Shown here piece after piece: positions 39,603 to 49,221 of a DNA stretch of 64,000 nt (the stretch's first letter is position 1; the number at the start of each line of letters is the position of its first letter). Position numbers and translations under genes: made by a program. The stretch is from NCBI GenBank assembly GCA_016208485.1, contig JACQXY010000061.1, positions 14,330 through 78,329 on the forward strand, in the 5' to 3' direction. Source of the stretch: Acidobacteriota bacterium. Its GTDB lineage: Bacteria; Actinomycetota; AC-67. Under the pieces are notes generated by a model, which was given only the letters and a program-made list of their open reading frames with translations, ran no database searches and was not told the DNA's origin.

Positions 39603-40421
39603 ATGACTCGAGGGAAGTGGCGGATTGGGGCCCTCGCACTGGTGCTCGTCGCCGGGGCCCTCTCGCTCGCTCCGGTGCTCGCGGCCGACCCACTGCCGCA
39701 GGACTTCAGTCACCGCGCGTGGCAGCGGGCGAACGGCGAGGCCCCGGGCGTGTGGACGAGGCAGCACACGTTGACGCACGAGGCCCCTTCGAACCCCCCC
39801 ACGAACTGGACGGGGACCAACAACGCGGACTGCCAGTCGGCGTGCCACTGGGTGCCGGGGAGGCCGGAAGGATGGAAGAAGATCGACGCCCTGCGGAATG
39901 AGATCACGTCGCCGGGCTTCACGAACCTCTTCGGCGTGACCCCCACGTACGTGGGCAACCAATACCCGTGGGACCTGCTCACCAACGCGGAGAACCAGAC
40001 CAAGCACGCGCTCGCGTTCCGCGACCAGACCGCAGGCAACGACGTCGGCTGCGGCTCGTGTCACAGCGCCAAGGCCGCTCTCGACCGAGGGCTCACGATC
40101 GAGGAGGAGTGGAACGAAACGAAGAAGAAGTGGGTGGTGAAGAGCGGCGGGATCACCGGCTGCGCGAACTGCCACGCGTTCGCGTTCGGCAAGACCGTTG
40201 CCGACCCGGCGGTGGGCAACCTCCACGCCACGCACGTGACCTTCGTGCAGGCGGAGATGGGCCTTGCCGACGCCACCGGCATCGGGGACACGGCCTGCCG
40301 CTACTGCCACGCGGGTCTCGGGCTCGAGGCAGACAAGTCCAACGCCAAGGGCTCCTGCTGGAACTGCCACCTGTCGGGCCACTGGCCGAAGGTGCCGTAC
40401 TGGAGCATCGCCCCGGAGTAA
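39603..40421 (+). CDS. secreted pentaheme c-type cytochrome
   Basis: SD AAAGGAG upstream of ATG; signal peptide MTRGKWRIGALALVLVAGALSLAPVLAADP; five CxxCH motifs (CQSACH, CGSCH, CANCH, CRYCH, CWNCH). Confidence 0.75.
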   Translation: MTRGKWRIGALALVLVAGALSLAPVLAADPLPQDFSHRAWQRANGEAPGVWTRQHTLTHEAPSNPPTNWTGTNNADCQSACHWVPGRPEGWKKIDALRNEITSPGFTNLFGVTPTYVGNQYPWDLLTNAENQTKHALAFRDQTAGNDVGCGSCHSAKAALDRGLTIEEEWNETKKKWVVKSGGITGCANCHAFAFGKTVADPAVGNLHATHVTFVQAEMGLADATGIGDTACRYCHAGLGLEADKSNAKGSCWNCHLSGHWPKVPYWSIAPE

Positions 40422-40484
40422 GCGGGGTCGGACGAAGCGAGGGGGTGGTCGCGAGGCCGCCCCCCTTGCTATTCTCTGAGCACT

Positions 40485-43202
40485 TTGTCCTACTCAATGA
40501 CCGGGTGGGTCCGAGTGACCCGGTGGAAGCCGCTCGCCGCGCTCTGCGCGTTGCTCGCGGCCGCTCCTGCCCTCGCGGCTCCGGAGACGGGAAGCGTCCC
40601 ACGGCGACTGTCGGAGAACCACGCCCCCGCGGCGATCGACTCAGGGACCGGCTCGGGGCACTTCGGATCCTGGGAAGTGGACCGCTTCGGATTGCCGGCC
40701 TTCCGCTACACCGCCGACGAGGAGACCGACCCGCTCGCCAGGCAGCCGGAGCTGGGGGGCGATGATCTTTCCACCGACGCCTGGCACCAGCTCGGCAACG
40801 ACCACATCGTCGCCAACGCCTACAACCACGGCTATGTGCAGCTCTGGAGCCAGGACCGCGTCTATCAGTGGATCAACAAGTACGAGCCGGGATCGCGCCA
40901 CTACTCCGGCGGCTATGGCTACCTGAACGCCGGTGGACAGGTTGTGAGCACGATGTACGACGACCGGCCGGGCGGCACGACGGCCGAGCGCGACTTCGGC
41001 GCGGGATACGCGCGCCGAAGCCTCGCGCCGGCGGGCGCGCTCGCGGTCGAGGACTTCGTCTACGCGCCCTTCGGCGACGATCCCGTGCTCCTGCACGACG
41101 TCGCGATCTCCAACCCGACGGACTCACCGGTCGGCGGCTCCTGGTGGGAGTACTGGGACGTCAACCCGGTGGCGCAGGTCTGGGGTCGCACGCGGGGCAC
41201 GCTCTCCCCCACCTACGACCCCGCGACCAAGACCCTGCTGGTGGATCAGATCCCCGACGACGACGACCTCGACCCACTCTCCATCTACGCCTCCGCGCTG
41301 CAGGGCGAGGTGACCGGTTTCGAGACCGACTCGGGCGCGTTCTTCGGCCCCGGCACGCGGGCCCTCCCCTCGACAGTGGCCGCCGACGCCCCGAGCGGCT
41401 CCATCGCGCCGCCGGCGGCTCCCGGGCAGACCGGAACTACGCTGCTCGCGTTCCGCACTCCCGTGTCCATCCCGGCCCGCGGGTCGGTGAGCCTGCGCTA
41501 TGCGTTCGGCGCCGCGCACCGGGCCGCCGTCCCCGAGATCCTGTCCCGCTACGCGGGCGGCGACCCGCTCGCCGCGAGCGAGGGCTTCTGGCGGGAGTGG
41601 CTCCCCAAGGCGTCCTTCGGCGCCGGGCTCGAGTGGCTCGCGCGCGAGCTTCAGTGGGACGCGTACATGGTCCGCTCGGGCACAACCTACGAAGAGTCCT
41701 GCGGTCATCACATCCTCTCCCAAGGTGGCTACTATCAGTACGGGCTCGGCTTGCAGGGCGGGTTCCGCGACCAGCTCGGCCTGAGCCTCTCCATGATCTC
41801 CCTCGAGCCCGAGATCGCTCGGGAGGTCATCCGCTACTCGGCCCAGGAGCAGGAGGCGGCCACCGGGCACGCCCCGTACGCGATGGGGCACATGTGCACC
41901 CCGGTCGCGCTCCCGTCGGCCGACCTCGATTTCTGGTTCCTCCTTGCGACGAGCGAGTACGCGCTCGCGACGCGAGACTTCGACTTCTTCGATGAGGTCG
42001 TCCGGTTCGTGGACGCCGGCCGCGCGCCGCTCTGGGACCACGTGCGGCTCGCCTACCGCCACATGGAGCGGGTTGTGCGGCGCGGGCCGCACGGCGGCTA
42101 CCTCGTCTCGGCGAGCACCGGCGACTGGACGGACTTCTCCGCCCAGTTCATGCAGATGACCGAGTCCCTGTTCATCACCGCGCAGCTCGCCTACGTCTAC
42201 CCGCGCGTGGCGGAGGTCGCCGATGCGCGGGGGGACGCCCGGTTCGCCACCGCGCTCCGCAAGGACGCCGTGGAGCTCCTCGACGTCCTCCGCCGCGAGT
42301 GGACCGGACGGTGGTTCCCGCGCGGCTACTCGGGCTCACAGCAGATCGGTGTGGGGACGATCTACGAGGAGCCGCAACCGTGGGCGCTCCTTGCCGGAGC
42401 CGCCGATCCCGGTCAAGCCGCGACCCTGATGGACAACATCCGGCTCCTCCTCACCGGGGACGGCGCGCCGGGCGGCCCGAGCCTCATCGGCACCGCGCAG
42501 TCGCCGGCCGCAGGCGACCCGAGGGTGACCGAGAGGGCACTGCCCATCTTCCAGGAGGCCGGCGCGCTCGGCTCCTACGGAGGGGGGAACGCGGTCTACC
42601 TCGGCGGGGTCTGGTACGCCCTCAACGGCCCGCTCGTGTGGGCGCTCGGGAGTCTCGACGAGGTTCCAGGCGCGGCCACCTTCGCCTGGGGCGAGTACCT
42701 CCGCAACACGCTCGCGAACCACGCGGTGCAGTTCCCGAACCACTGGGACGGCACGATCTCGGTGGACGACGTGTGCTGGGCCTGGTACTCGAAGGACCGC
42801 GAGCGGTGCGGCGACGAGGCCTTGAGCGTCCAGTACCGCTACGCCGGCCAGATCCTCAACAAGCACGCCTGGTGGCTCTGGGCGATCCAGAAACTCGCCG
42901 GGATCGTGCCCGAGCGAGACGGGTACCGGATCGAGCCCCACCTGCCGCTCGACGCCTTCTCGCTCCGCCTGCCGTCGGTCGGGCTCGCCTCGGAGCCGGG
43001 GAGGCTCCGCGGCTACGTGCGCGCGGAGCGGGACGGGACCCTGCGGATGCGCGTCCGGCTCCCGGAGAACGCCGATCCGGCGAGCGCGGTCGCCTGGGTG
43101 AACGGCGAGCCGCAGGCCCCCGGGGTTTCCGGCCGGCTCGTGGAGTTCGACCTGCCGGCGCCGGCCGGCACCCCCGCCGATTGGGCCGTGACCTGGGAGT
43201 GA
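40485..43202 (+). CDS. large secreted glycoside-hydrolase-like protein (alpha/alpha-barrel type; family unresolved)
   Basis: 905 aa, signal peptide …KPLAALCALLAAAPALAAPE; W/Y/G-rich composition typical of (alpha/alpha)6 GH catalytic domains; no family-level assignment possible by eye. Confidence 0.45.
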   Translation: MSYSMTGWVRVTRWKPLAALCALLAAAPALAAPETGSVPRRLSENHAPAAIDSGTGSGHFGSWEVDRFGLPAFRYTADEETDPLARQPELGGDDLSTDAWHQLGNDHIVANAYNHGYVQLWSQDRVYQWINKYEPGSRHYSGGYGYLNAGGQVVSTMYDDRPGGTTAERDFGAGYARRSLAPAGALAVEDFVYAPFGDDPVLLHDVAISNPTDSPVGGSWWEYWDVNPVAQVWGRTRGTLSPTYDPATKTLLVDQIPDDDDLDPLSIYASALQGEVTGFETDSGAFFGPGTRALPSTVAADAPSGSIAPPAAPGQTGTTLLAFRTPVSIPARGSVSLRYAFGAAHRAAVPEILSRYAGGDPLAASEGFWREWLPKASFGAGLEWLARELQWDAYMVRSGTTYEESCGHHILSQGGYYQYGLGLQGGFRDQLGLSLSMISLEPEIAREVIRYSAQEQEAATGHAPYAMGHMCTPVALPSADLDFWFLLATSEYALATRDFDFFDEVVRFVDAGRAPLWDHVRLAYRHMERVVRRGPHGGYLVSASTGDWTDFSAQFMQMTESLFITAQLAYVYPRVAEVADARGDARFATALRKDAVELLDVLRREWTGRWFPRGYSGSQQIGVGTIYEEPQPWALLAGAADPGQAATLMDNIRLLLTGDGAPGGPSLIGTAQSPAAGDPRVTERALPIFQEAGALGSYGGGNAVYLGGVWYALNGPLVWALGSLDEVPGAATFAWGEYLRNTLANHAVQFPNHWDGTISVDDVCWAWYSKDRERCGDEALSVQYRYAGQILNKHAWWLWAIQKLAGIVPERDGYRIEPHLPLDAFSLRLPSVGLASEPGRLRGYVRAERDGTLRMRVRLPENADPASAVAWVNGEPQAPGVSGRLVEFDLPAPAGTPADWAVTWE

Positions 43203-43216
43203 CCGCCCCCCGACAT

Positions 43217-43232
43217 TGTGCGCTTGCGCACA
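43217..43232. promoter_or_regulatory. perfect inverted repeat TGTGCGC-TT-GCGCACA between GH-like gene and Rrf2 regulator gene
   Basis: Seen in sequence; candidate Rrf2 operator or stem-loop. Confidence 0.25.
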
Positions 43233-43378
43233 CAGTTGGGTCTACGCCCTAGGGTGCGGGCGACATTCACCTGGGGCAAATGCGTGATCGCCCCTGGGGC
43301 GAGCGGTTCTGGCCCTTCGCCCTCCTCATCCTGCACAGTCTTCCTGCGAGGCGCATTGCAGCCGACGCGAGGACGGGC

Positions 43379-43807
43379 ATGAGGCTGACGAAGGAAGCCG
43401 ACTACGCGGTCCGTTGCGTTCTGGACGTCGCCGGAAACGGGTGGACGGACACCGGACGGGTCGCCCATCGCCAGAACGTCCCCGCGTCGTTCCTCGGCAA
43501 GATCGTGCAGTCCCTCGCCCGGGCCGGCATCCTCACCACGCGCCGGGGGGTCGGCGGAGGGGTCCGCCTCGCGCGCCCGGCCGACTCGGTCACCCTCCTC
43601 GAGATCGTAGAGGCCGTGCAAGGTCCCTTGACCGTGAACGCCTGCGGCGCGGGCCCCGAGGCGTGCGAATGCACACCCGACTGCCCCGCCTACCCGGTCT
43701 TCCTCCGAGCACAGAAGGCGCTCCGCGACGTCCTGTGCGTGCCCGTCGGAAACCTGCTCGATAGTCGCGGGTTGAAGCCCGTCGCAGCGGCGCGAGACGC
43801 GAGCTAG
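43379..43807 (+). CDS. Rrf2-family transcriptional regulator (IscR/NsrR-like, Cys-cluster type)
   Basis: MRLTKEADYAVRCVLDVAG… wHTH plus C-terminal CGAGPEACECTPDCP cysteine cluster. Confidence 0.75.
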   Translation: MRLTKEADYAVRCVLDVAGNGWTDTGRVAHRQNVPASFLGKIVQSLARAGILTTRRGVGGGVRLARPADSVTLLEIVEAVQGPLTVNACGAGPEACECTPDCPAYPVFLRAQKALRDVLCVPVGNLLDSRGLKPVAAARDAS

Positions 43808-46551
43808 GCGCTTCGGCGCCGCCCGCGCCGCTGCCGGCCGACCACCCCGGTCACGAGCGCGCCCGCGGCGAGCGCCGCGCCGAGGAGGCCCAGAGGAACC
43901 CGCGCGCCCCCGCCCTTCGCGGGAAGCGCCAGGGGCACCACCGCCCGCGCGGCGCCGCGGCCCGGCGCCTCGCCGTCGTCCTCGATGACCCTGTGCGCGC
44001 GGGACTCCGCGGCGAGCACCGCGCGATCCGGCTTCGGTGCGAGACCCGGCCCGTAGCGCCAGGCCCCACCGTGGTACATCAGGTCGAGCAGCTCCTGGAC
44101 CTCCTCCTCGTCCTGGTCCACCAAGCTCCAGTCGATCGCCCCGGACCGCGCGACCACGTCCTCCGAGAACTGGTTCAGCGGGTCGAGCGGCGGGTTGAGA
44201 TCGTTCGGAGAGATCGCGGGTTTCACAGCGGCGTACGGGCTGAGATCAGGGTCATCCGAGACGTTCCTGAACAGGTCCCAGAGCGGGCGCGCGGCCTTGT
44301 CGTCGTACTGGCTCATCGGCCGCAGGCCGAAGATCAGCTCGATGCTGCTCAGGATGGAGGAGAAGTCGTACCGCTCGTGAGTGAGGAGCCCATCGCGCAC
44401 CCAGGACCCGGCGGCGAGGAACACCGTCCGGTGCGAGTCGATGTGGTCGTTGCCGGACTGTGGGTCGTCCTCGACGGCGAGGAACACCGTGTCCTCCCAG
44501 TAGGGGCTCGACGACACCGCCTCGATCATCTTCCCGAGCGCCCAGTCGTTGTCGGCGACCATTGCCTGGGGGGTTCGCGCGCCGGGCTCGCCGCCGTAGG
44601 TGTGATCGTTGGGGATCCACACGTAGCTGAACCGCTCCAGGAGCCCCGCCTCCACGTCCTTGGTGAACGCCTGCACGCGGTCGATGTCGCGGGTGTAGTA
44701 CTGCAGGCCGCTCGGGTAGGCCTGCGAGGTGTGCGCGGCGAACTTCGCGAGGTTCTCCGGGCGAACCGACAACTGGTTGCCGTCCCAGCCGTAGATCCGG
44801 AATCCGAGCCCCGCCTCCATCGCCTGGTCCACCAGGTACCCCTCGCCGGGGATCGACACGTCGGCGAGGCCGATCGCGACGTTGCGCTCCTCGGTCGTCC
44901 AGACGCGCGCGGCGTAGTCGGATATCTGCGCGGCGTTGGTCCACATGTGACCGGTGAAGCTCTCCTCGATGGGCGTGCGGAACTCGTCGGCCGTCACCCA
45001 CCGGCGCGCGATCTCGTGAGTGTTCGGCGTGTTGGCGTGCCCGAAGCGGACGAGGCACGGATCGCCGCGCACCCCCGGCATCACGATCGGCGGCGGCAGA
45101 TCGCCGGGCTCGCACTTGCCAGAGAGGTCGCCGAGGACCTGGTCGAAGGTCTTGTTCTCCCGGACGACGAACACGACGTGCTTGATCTTGGGCGAGCGCC
45201 CCAGCGCGCGGTCATACATCGCGTTGCCCGCGGGGATCTCTGCGAGCCGGTCGGTATCGAAGGAGTTGTTCTCGCGCACCGCGGCGGTGTACTGCGCGAG
45301 CGCCTCGGGACCCGGATCCGCGACCACCTGCAGGGTCCCGATGATCTGAGTCGTGGGGCCGGGGCCGTCGGGATTCGGTCCGCTCCCGAGCCCCTTCGCG
45401 CTCGCGACGTAGAGCCCCTTGCCGAAGGCCGACGGCGCGACCGCGGTCGGGTACCAACCGGTCGGGACGTAGGGGGTCAGCTCAGGCCGAAGCGGCGGAT
45501 CGGCGAGATCCACCACCGCAACCGCGTTGTTCCCCCCGAGCGTCACGTAGAGCGTGTCTCCCGAGAGCGCGAGATCGGTCGGGGTCGAGGAGCGCGGAGC
45601 CCCCTGGTAGGGCTCAAGCGAGATCGTCCGGACCGGCCGGTGGATCGCCGGTCCCTCAGTGCGCACCACCGAGACCGTGTCGTCGTTGCCGTTCGCCACG
45701 AAGAGCGTGCCGTCGGGGCGCATCGCCATCGCGGTCGGGTGCCGCCCGACCCGGGCGCGCCCCGCCGGAACGAGGAGCCCAGTAGCGGGTTCTCGGCGGT
45801 AGACCGCCAGCTCGGGACGGCCCCAGAGGCTCACGTACACCCCGGTGCCGTCGGGAGTGATGGCGACCTCGTACGGGAAGCTGTCCGCGGGAACGATCTG
45901 AACGGGCCGCGCCGCCGCGAGGTCCACCACGGCGACCGCGCCGGACTCCTGGCACGCCACGTAGAGGTTCTTGCCGTCCGGAGAGATCGCGATCCCCGCG
46001 GCGAACACACAGGCCGGCGACGGGGGCTCCTTCGCGAGGCCGCGCGCGGCGTCCAGGACGAAGCCTCCCGGGCCGGGGAACTGCGACCGCGCAAGCGAGA
46101 TGGTCGCGCCCGCGGTGAGCGTCATCGCGCCCCCGTCCCACGCGAAGCTGCGCACGAGGTTCGCGATCCCGCCGGAGGCATACAACGTGCTCCCCTCCCA
46201 CGCGAGCCCGACCCAGTTCGGGTGCGCGGCGATCTGGTACTGCCCGAGGGGATGCGCGAGCGCCGGGCTCTCCGGATTCGTCACGTCGACGATCGAGTAG
46301 CCCTGCGTCTCGCGGCCGGAGTTCGCCACGATGACGGCCTTGCCGTCGGGAGTCTCTATGAGATCCTGGGGTCCGCGCCCAACCTGAACGATCGCCCCGG
46401 CCGGGGTGACCTTCTGGCCGGTCGGAAGGAGCGCGTCGTACATCTCGGCCCCGGCGGCGGGCAACCGGAGCGCGATCCCGCCGGCGACGAGCGCCGCCGC
46501 CAGAAGGACGGCCGACGAGCGCGGCATGCGAAGGATCTTCCCTGATCTCAC
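43804..46551 (-). CDS. secreted bifunctional YVTN beta-propeller / phosphoesterase-family (phospholipase C / acid phosphatase AcpA-like) protein with C-terminal hydrophobic anchor
   Basis: N-terminal signal peptide; repeated …PDGK/PDGT…YV… beta-propeller blades; C-terminal half with HVVFVVRENKTFDQVLGDL (phosphoesterase ENxSFD motif); C-terminal LPAKGGG-hydrophobic-RQRRGRRRSA tail. Confidence 0.6.
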   Translation of the reverse strand: MRSGKILRMPRSSAVLLAAALVAGGIALRLPAAGAEMYDALLPTGQKVTPAGAIVQVGRGPQDLIETPDGKAVIVANSGRETQGYSIVDVTNPESPALAHPLGQYQIAAHPNWVGLAWEGSTLYASGGIANLVRSFAWDGGAMTLTAGATISLARSQFPGPGGFVLDAARGLAKEPPSPACVFAAGIAISPDGKNLYVACQESGAVAVVDLAAARPVQIVPADSFPYEVAITPDGTGVYVSLWGRPELAVYRREPATGLLVPAGRARVGRHPTAMAMRPDGTLFVANGNDDTVSVVRTEGPAIHRPVRTISLEPYQGAPRSSTPTDLALSGDTLYVTLGGNNAVAVVDLADPPLRPELTPYVPTGWYPTAVAPSAFGKGLYVASAKGLGSGPNPDGPGPTTQIIGTLQVVADPGPEALAQYTAAVRENNSFDTDRLAEIPAGNAMYDRALGRSPKIKHVVFVVRENKTFDQVLGDLSGKCEPGDLPPPIVMPGVRGDPCLVRFGHANTPNTHEIARRWVTADEFRTPIEESFTGHMWTNAAQISDYAARVWTTEERNVAIGLADVSIPGEGYLVDQAMEAGLGFRIYGWDGNQLSVRPENLAKFAAHTSQAYPSGLQYYTRDIDRVQAFTKDVEAGLLERFSYVWIPNDHTYGGEPGARTPQAMVADNDWALGKMIEAVSSSPYWEDTVFLAVEDDPQSGNDHIDSHRTVFLAAGSWVRDGLLTHERYDFSSILSSIELIFGLRPMSQYDDKAARPLWDLFRNVSDDPDLSPYAAVKPAISPNDLNPPLDPLNQFSEDVVARSGAIDWSLVDQDEEEVQELLDLMYHGGAWRYGPGLAPKPDRAVLAAESRAHRVIEDDGEAPGRGAARAVVPLALPAKGGGARVPLGLLGAALAAGALVTGVVGRQRRGRRRSA

Positions 46552-46662
46552 CGTGCACCTCCAGCGATCGTAGGTCCGACGAGAGCGTGCGAGAGAAACC
46601 TTCGACGCCGAAGCCCCGGTTCCTGCCTTGGCAGGGATCCGGGTGGCGGCCCGACGGGGGGT

Positions 46663-47064
46663 CTACGCGCGCGAGCGGGCGCCGCGCGCGCGCGGCTCGG
46701 CCGGGGGCTCCTCCCAGGGCACGAGAGGCGCGTCCTTCCAAAGCCGCTCCAGCTCGTAGTAGTCGCGCTCCTCCTGGAGGAACACGTGCACCACGACGTC
46801 CACGAAGTCCAGAAGCACCCAGCGCAGGTCGCGCTCGCCCTCGCGGCGGACCGGCCGGCGCCCCGCGGCCCGCATGTCTTGCTCCACGCCGTCGACGATG
46901 GCCTTGACTTGGCGGTCGGTCGCGCCGGAGGCGATCACGAAGTAGTCGGTGATCACGATGAGGTCCCGCACCTCCAGGATCCGCACGTCCTTTGCCTGCT
47001 TCCCGCCGCATGCCCGCGCCGCGAGCACCGCCGCGTCCCGGGAGTCGAGGTCACCGCTCATCAT
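46663..47064 (-). CDS. rsfS: ribosome silencing factor RsfS (iojap)
   Basis: …ILEVRDLIVITDYFVIASGATDRQVKAIVDGVEQ…DFVDVVVHVFLQEERDYYELERLW canonical RsfS; ATGA overlap with upstream gene. Confidence 0.85.
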   Translation of the reverse strand: MMSGDLDSRDAAVLAARACGGKQAKDVRILEVRDLIVITDYFVIASGATDRQVKAIVDGVEQDMRAAGRRPVRREGERDLRWVLLDFVDVVVHVFLQEERDYYELERLWKDAPLVPWEEPPAEPRARGARSRA

Positions 47065-48614
47065 CCCTCCCCAAGGAAGTCCTTGCCGACGACGATGGTG
47101 ACGTCCACGAAGGTCTGCGGCCGCAGCCCGACCTCCACCCGGCCGACCCCGAGGAGCCGGCGGACGCGGTCGCCCACGGCGAGCGCGTCCCGGTCGTCGG
47201 AGTAGACGACGATCTTCGTCGCCGGGTAGTTGAAGCTCGGCGCGTTGCCCGTGACGACCACCTTCATTCCCGCCCGCACCAGCCGCGAGGCGACCCGCGC
47301 GCCGGAATCGGGACGCCCGTTTCCGTTGCGGATCTCGACCCGGACCGTCGCGCCGCCGGCCGGCCGCAGGCTGGATCCGGGGAAGAACTCCTCGACGATC
47401 CCGCCGAGCGGCCCCTCCTCGACCTGGTATGCGTCGCCCGTGCCGACCGACTTCACCGGCAGCACCGGGTAGCTCCGGTCGTCGGCCGGAGCGGCTGCGA
47501 ACGAGGCGAGGAACCCCCCGACCTCGGCACCAGAGGTCCCCGAAGCCACCGACCGGCCGGCCCGCTCGAACAGCGCCGCGAGCCCGGGCGGGTCCTGCGC
47601 GAAGCGCTGGAACAACCCCTCCCACACCGCGCGCATCCGAGGGAACCGCGATAGCTCCGACTCGCCTTCGCCGGTGAAACCGAAGTAGCGAGCCGCCGCG
47701 GCGCCCTCCATCCGCTGCGACCCAGCCTCGAAGGCGACCTCGAACCGGCCCCTCCCCGAGGGGGCGAGCAGCTTGTCCGGCACGTCTACGACGATGCCGC
47801 CGGCGCGGTCTACGAGCCCCGCGAGAGTCCGGTCGCTGAAGGCCGCCCATTCGTCGACGCGGACCCCGAGCAGGTTCTCCGCCGTCGTCACCTGGAGCGA
47901 CGCCCCCCCGATGCTGTAGGCCTTCCCGATCCGGTCGAAGTCCTGTCCGGGGATCTGCGACAGGGTCGACGTCGGCAAGAACATCACGACGGGACTGACG
48001 GCCGTTCCGATCGGGAAGGCTCCGGAGGCAGAGGGGGCAGCGCCCGGCGAACCCGAGGGGGCGGGAGGTGGGGAGGTCGAGCGGTCGATGGCGAAGAAGG
48101 CGAGGGAGTCCGCCTGCTGCGACAGATCCGACGCGGCCGTCGTGATCACGAGGAAAGTCTCCTGCCGCGCCGCCGGCGCTTGGGAGGCAGTCACCTCGGG
48201 CGCGGTCTTGGACGAGAAGAGCCTCGGGACGGCGATCGCGCCCGAGCCGGCCACCAGGAGAACGGCCACGACGAGCGCCGGCCGGAGCCGCCGGTGGGGC
48301 CGGGACAGGCCGATCTCCTCCGCGCCGGCCGGCTCGGGGGCCGGCGCTTCCGGCTCGGCCGGCTCGGGGGCCATCGCTTCCGGCTCGGCCGGCTCGGGGG
48401 CCGGAGGCTCGGGGGCCGGAGGCTCGGGGGCCACCGCTTCCACCGCTGCGGGCTCGAGCGGGGTTCTCCGAAGGGACTGCGCTCCGGGGCCGGTCGCGCG
48501 CCGGCGGCGCCGGGCGGCGATCGCGACTCCCGCGATCACCCCCAACGCCAGAAGCCCGCGCCGCGCCCGGCGCGCTCTCTTCCCCCTACGCCTCGACAAC
48601 TTCCCCGCGCTCAC
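47061..48614 (-). CDS. LytR-CpsA-Psr (LCP) family cell-envelope protein with N-terminal Pro/Glu-rich repeat region and C-terminal LytR_C domain
   Basis: TM anchor, repeats APEPPAPEPPAPEPAEPEAMAPEPAEPEAPAPEP, LCP core, C-terminal …VRVEIRNGNGRPDSGARVASRLVRAGMKVVVTGNAP… (LytR_C). Confidence 0.6.
   Translation of the reverse strand: MSAGKLSRRRGKRARRARRGLLALGVIAGVAIAARRRRRATGPGAQSLRRTPLEPAAVEAVAPEPPAPEPPAPEPAEPEAMAPEPAEPEAPAPEPAGAEEIGLSRPHRRLRPALVVAVLLVAGSGAIAVPRLFSSKTAPEVTASQAPAARQETFLVITTAASDLSQQADSLAFFAIDRSTSPPPAPSGSPGAAPSASGAFPIGTAVSPVVMFLPTSTLSQIPGQDFDRIGKAYSIGGASLQVTTAENLLGVRVDEWAAFSDRTLAGLVDRAGGIVVDVPDKLLAPSGRGRFEVAFEAGSQRMEGAAAARYFGFTGEGESELSRFPRMRAVWEGLFQRFAQDPPGLAALFERAGRSVASGTSGAEVGGFLASFAAAPADDRSYPVLPVKSVGTGDAYQVEEGPLGGIVEEFFPGSSLRPAGGATVRVEIRNGNGRPDSGARVASRLVRAGMKVVVTGNAPSFNYPATKIVVYSDDRDALAVGDRVRRLLGVGRVEVGLRPQTFVDVTIVVGKDFLGEG
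48328..48450. repeat. imperfect tandem repeat array (~30-bp unit ggccggctcgggggccggcgcttccggctc, ~3.5 copies with 15-bp sub-units) inside LCP gene
   Basis: Direct inspection of 48301-48460; encodes the (A/E)PEP(P/A) repeats. Confidence 0.6.
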
Positions 48615-49221
48615 CTCGGTACAGACCGGTCTTCCGTATGTATCGGTCGACGGCCTCGGGCACGAGATAGCGAATCGGCCGCCCTTCTCGCGCGCGCCGC
48701 CTGATGTCCGTCGAGGATATCGCCAAGGCCGGGATCTCCATCGTCAGCACGCGTCGCCCAAGCTCGGGCGGCAACTGCTTCTCGAGGCGGTCCAGATCGT
48801 ACCCCGGCCGGGTCGCCGCGATGAACCAGGCCTCCTCGAGGACCCGCTCGGGGTCCTTCCAGGTGAGGATCTGGAGCACCGCGTCGGCTCCGGTGATGAA
48901 GTACATCTCCGCGGGCGCGAACGCGCGCTTCAGATCTCTCAGCGTGTCCACCGTGTAGGTGGGCCCGGGACGATCGATCTCGACCCGGGAGACCTCGAAC
49001 GCCGGATTGGAGGCAGTCGCGATGGCGGTCATCAGGAAGCGCTCCTCCGGCGGGGCGACCTGGAGCCCTTCCTTCTGCCAGGGCCGGCCGGCAGGAACGA
49101 AGACCACCACGTCGAGGGCGAACCCGAACAGGGCTTCCTCGGCGGTCACCAGATGCCCGGTGTGAATGGGGTCGAACGTCCCACCCATCACCCCGACCCG
49201 GCGCACGGTGGCCTCGCCCAT
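48586..49221 (-). CDS. nadD: nicotinate-nucleotide adenylyltransferase
   Basis: VGVMGGTFDPIHTGHL (HxGH motif), 211 aa; overlaps LCP gene start by 29 nt. Confidence 0.85.
   Translation of the reverse strand: MGEATVRRVGVMGGTFDPIHTGHLVTAEEALFGFALDVVVFVPAGRPWQKEGLQVAPPEERFLMTAIATASNPAFEVSRVEIDRPGPTYTVDTLRDLKRAFAPAEMYFITGADAVLQILTWKDPERVLEEAWFIAATRPGYDLDRLEKQLPPELGRRVLTMEIPALAISSTDIRRRAREGRPIRYLVPEAVDRYIRKTGLYRGERGEVVEA

Noticed and set aside
39303-40382. 359-aa minus-strand ORF overlapping the multihaem cytochrome gene
   Set aside because: Antisense to an ORF with signal peptide, SD and five CxxCH motifs; translation is low-complexity
48290-48470. Possible CRISPR array (short direct repeats)
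   Set aside because: Repeats are contiguous tandem copies with no spacers, lie inside a coding frame encoding PEP repeats, and no cas genes are nearby; classified as a coding tandem repeat instead
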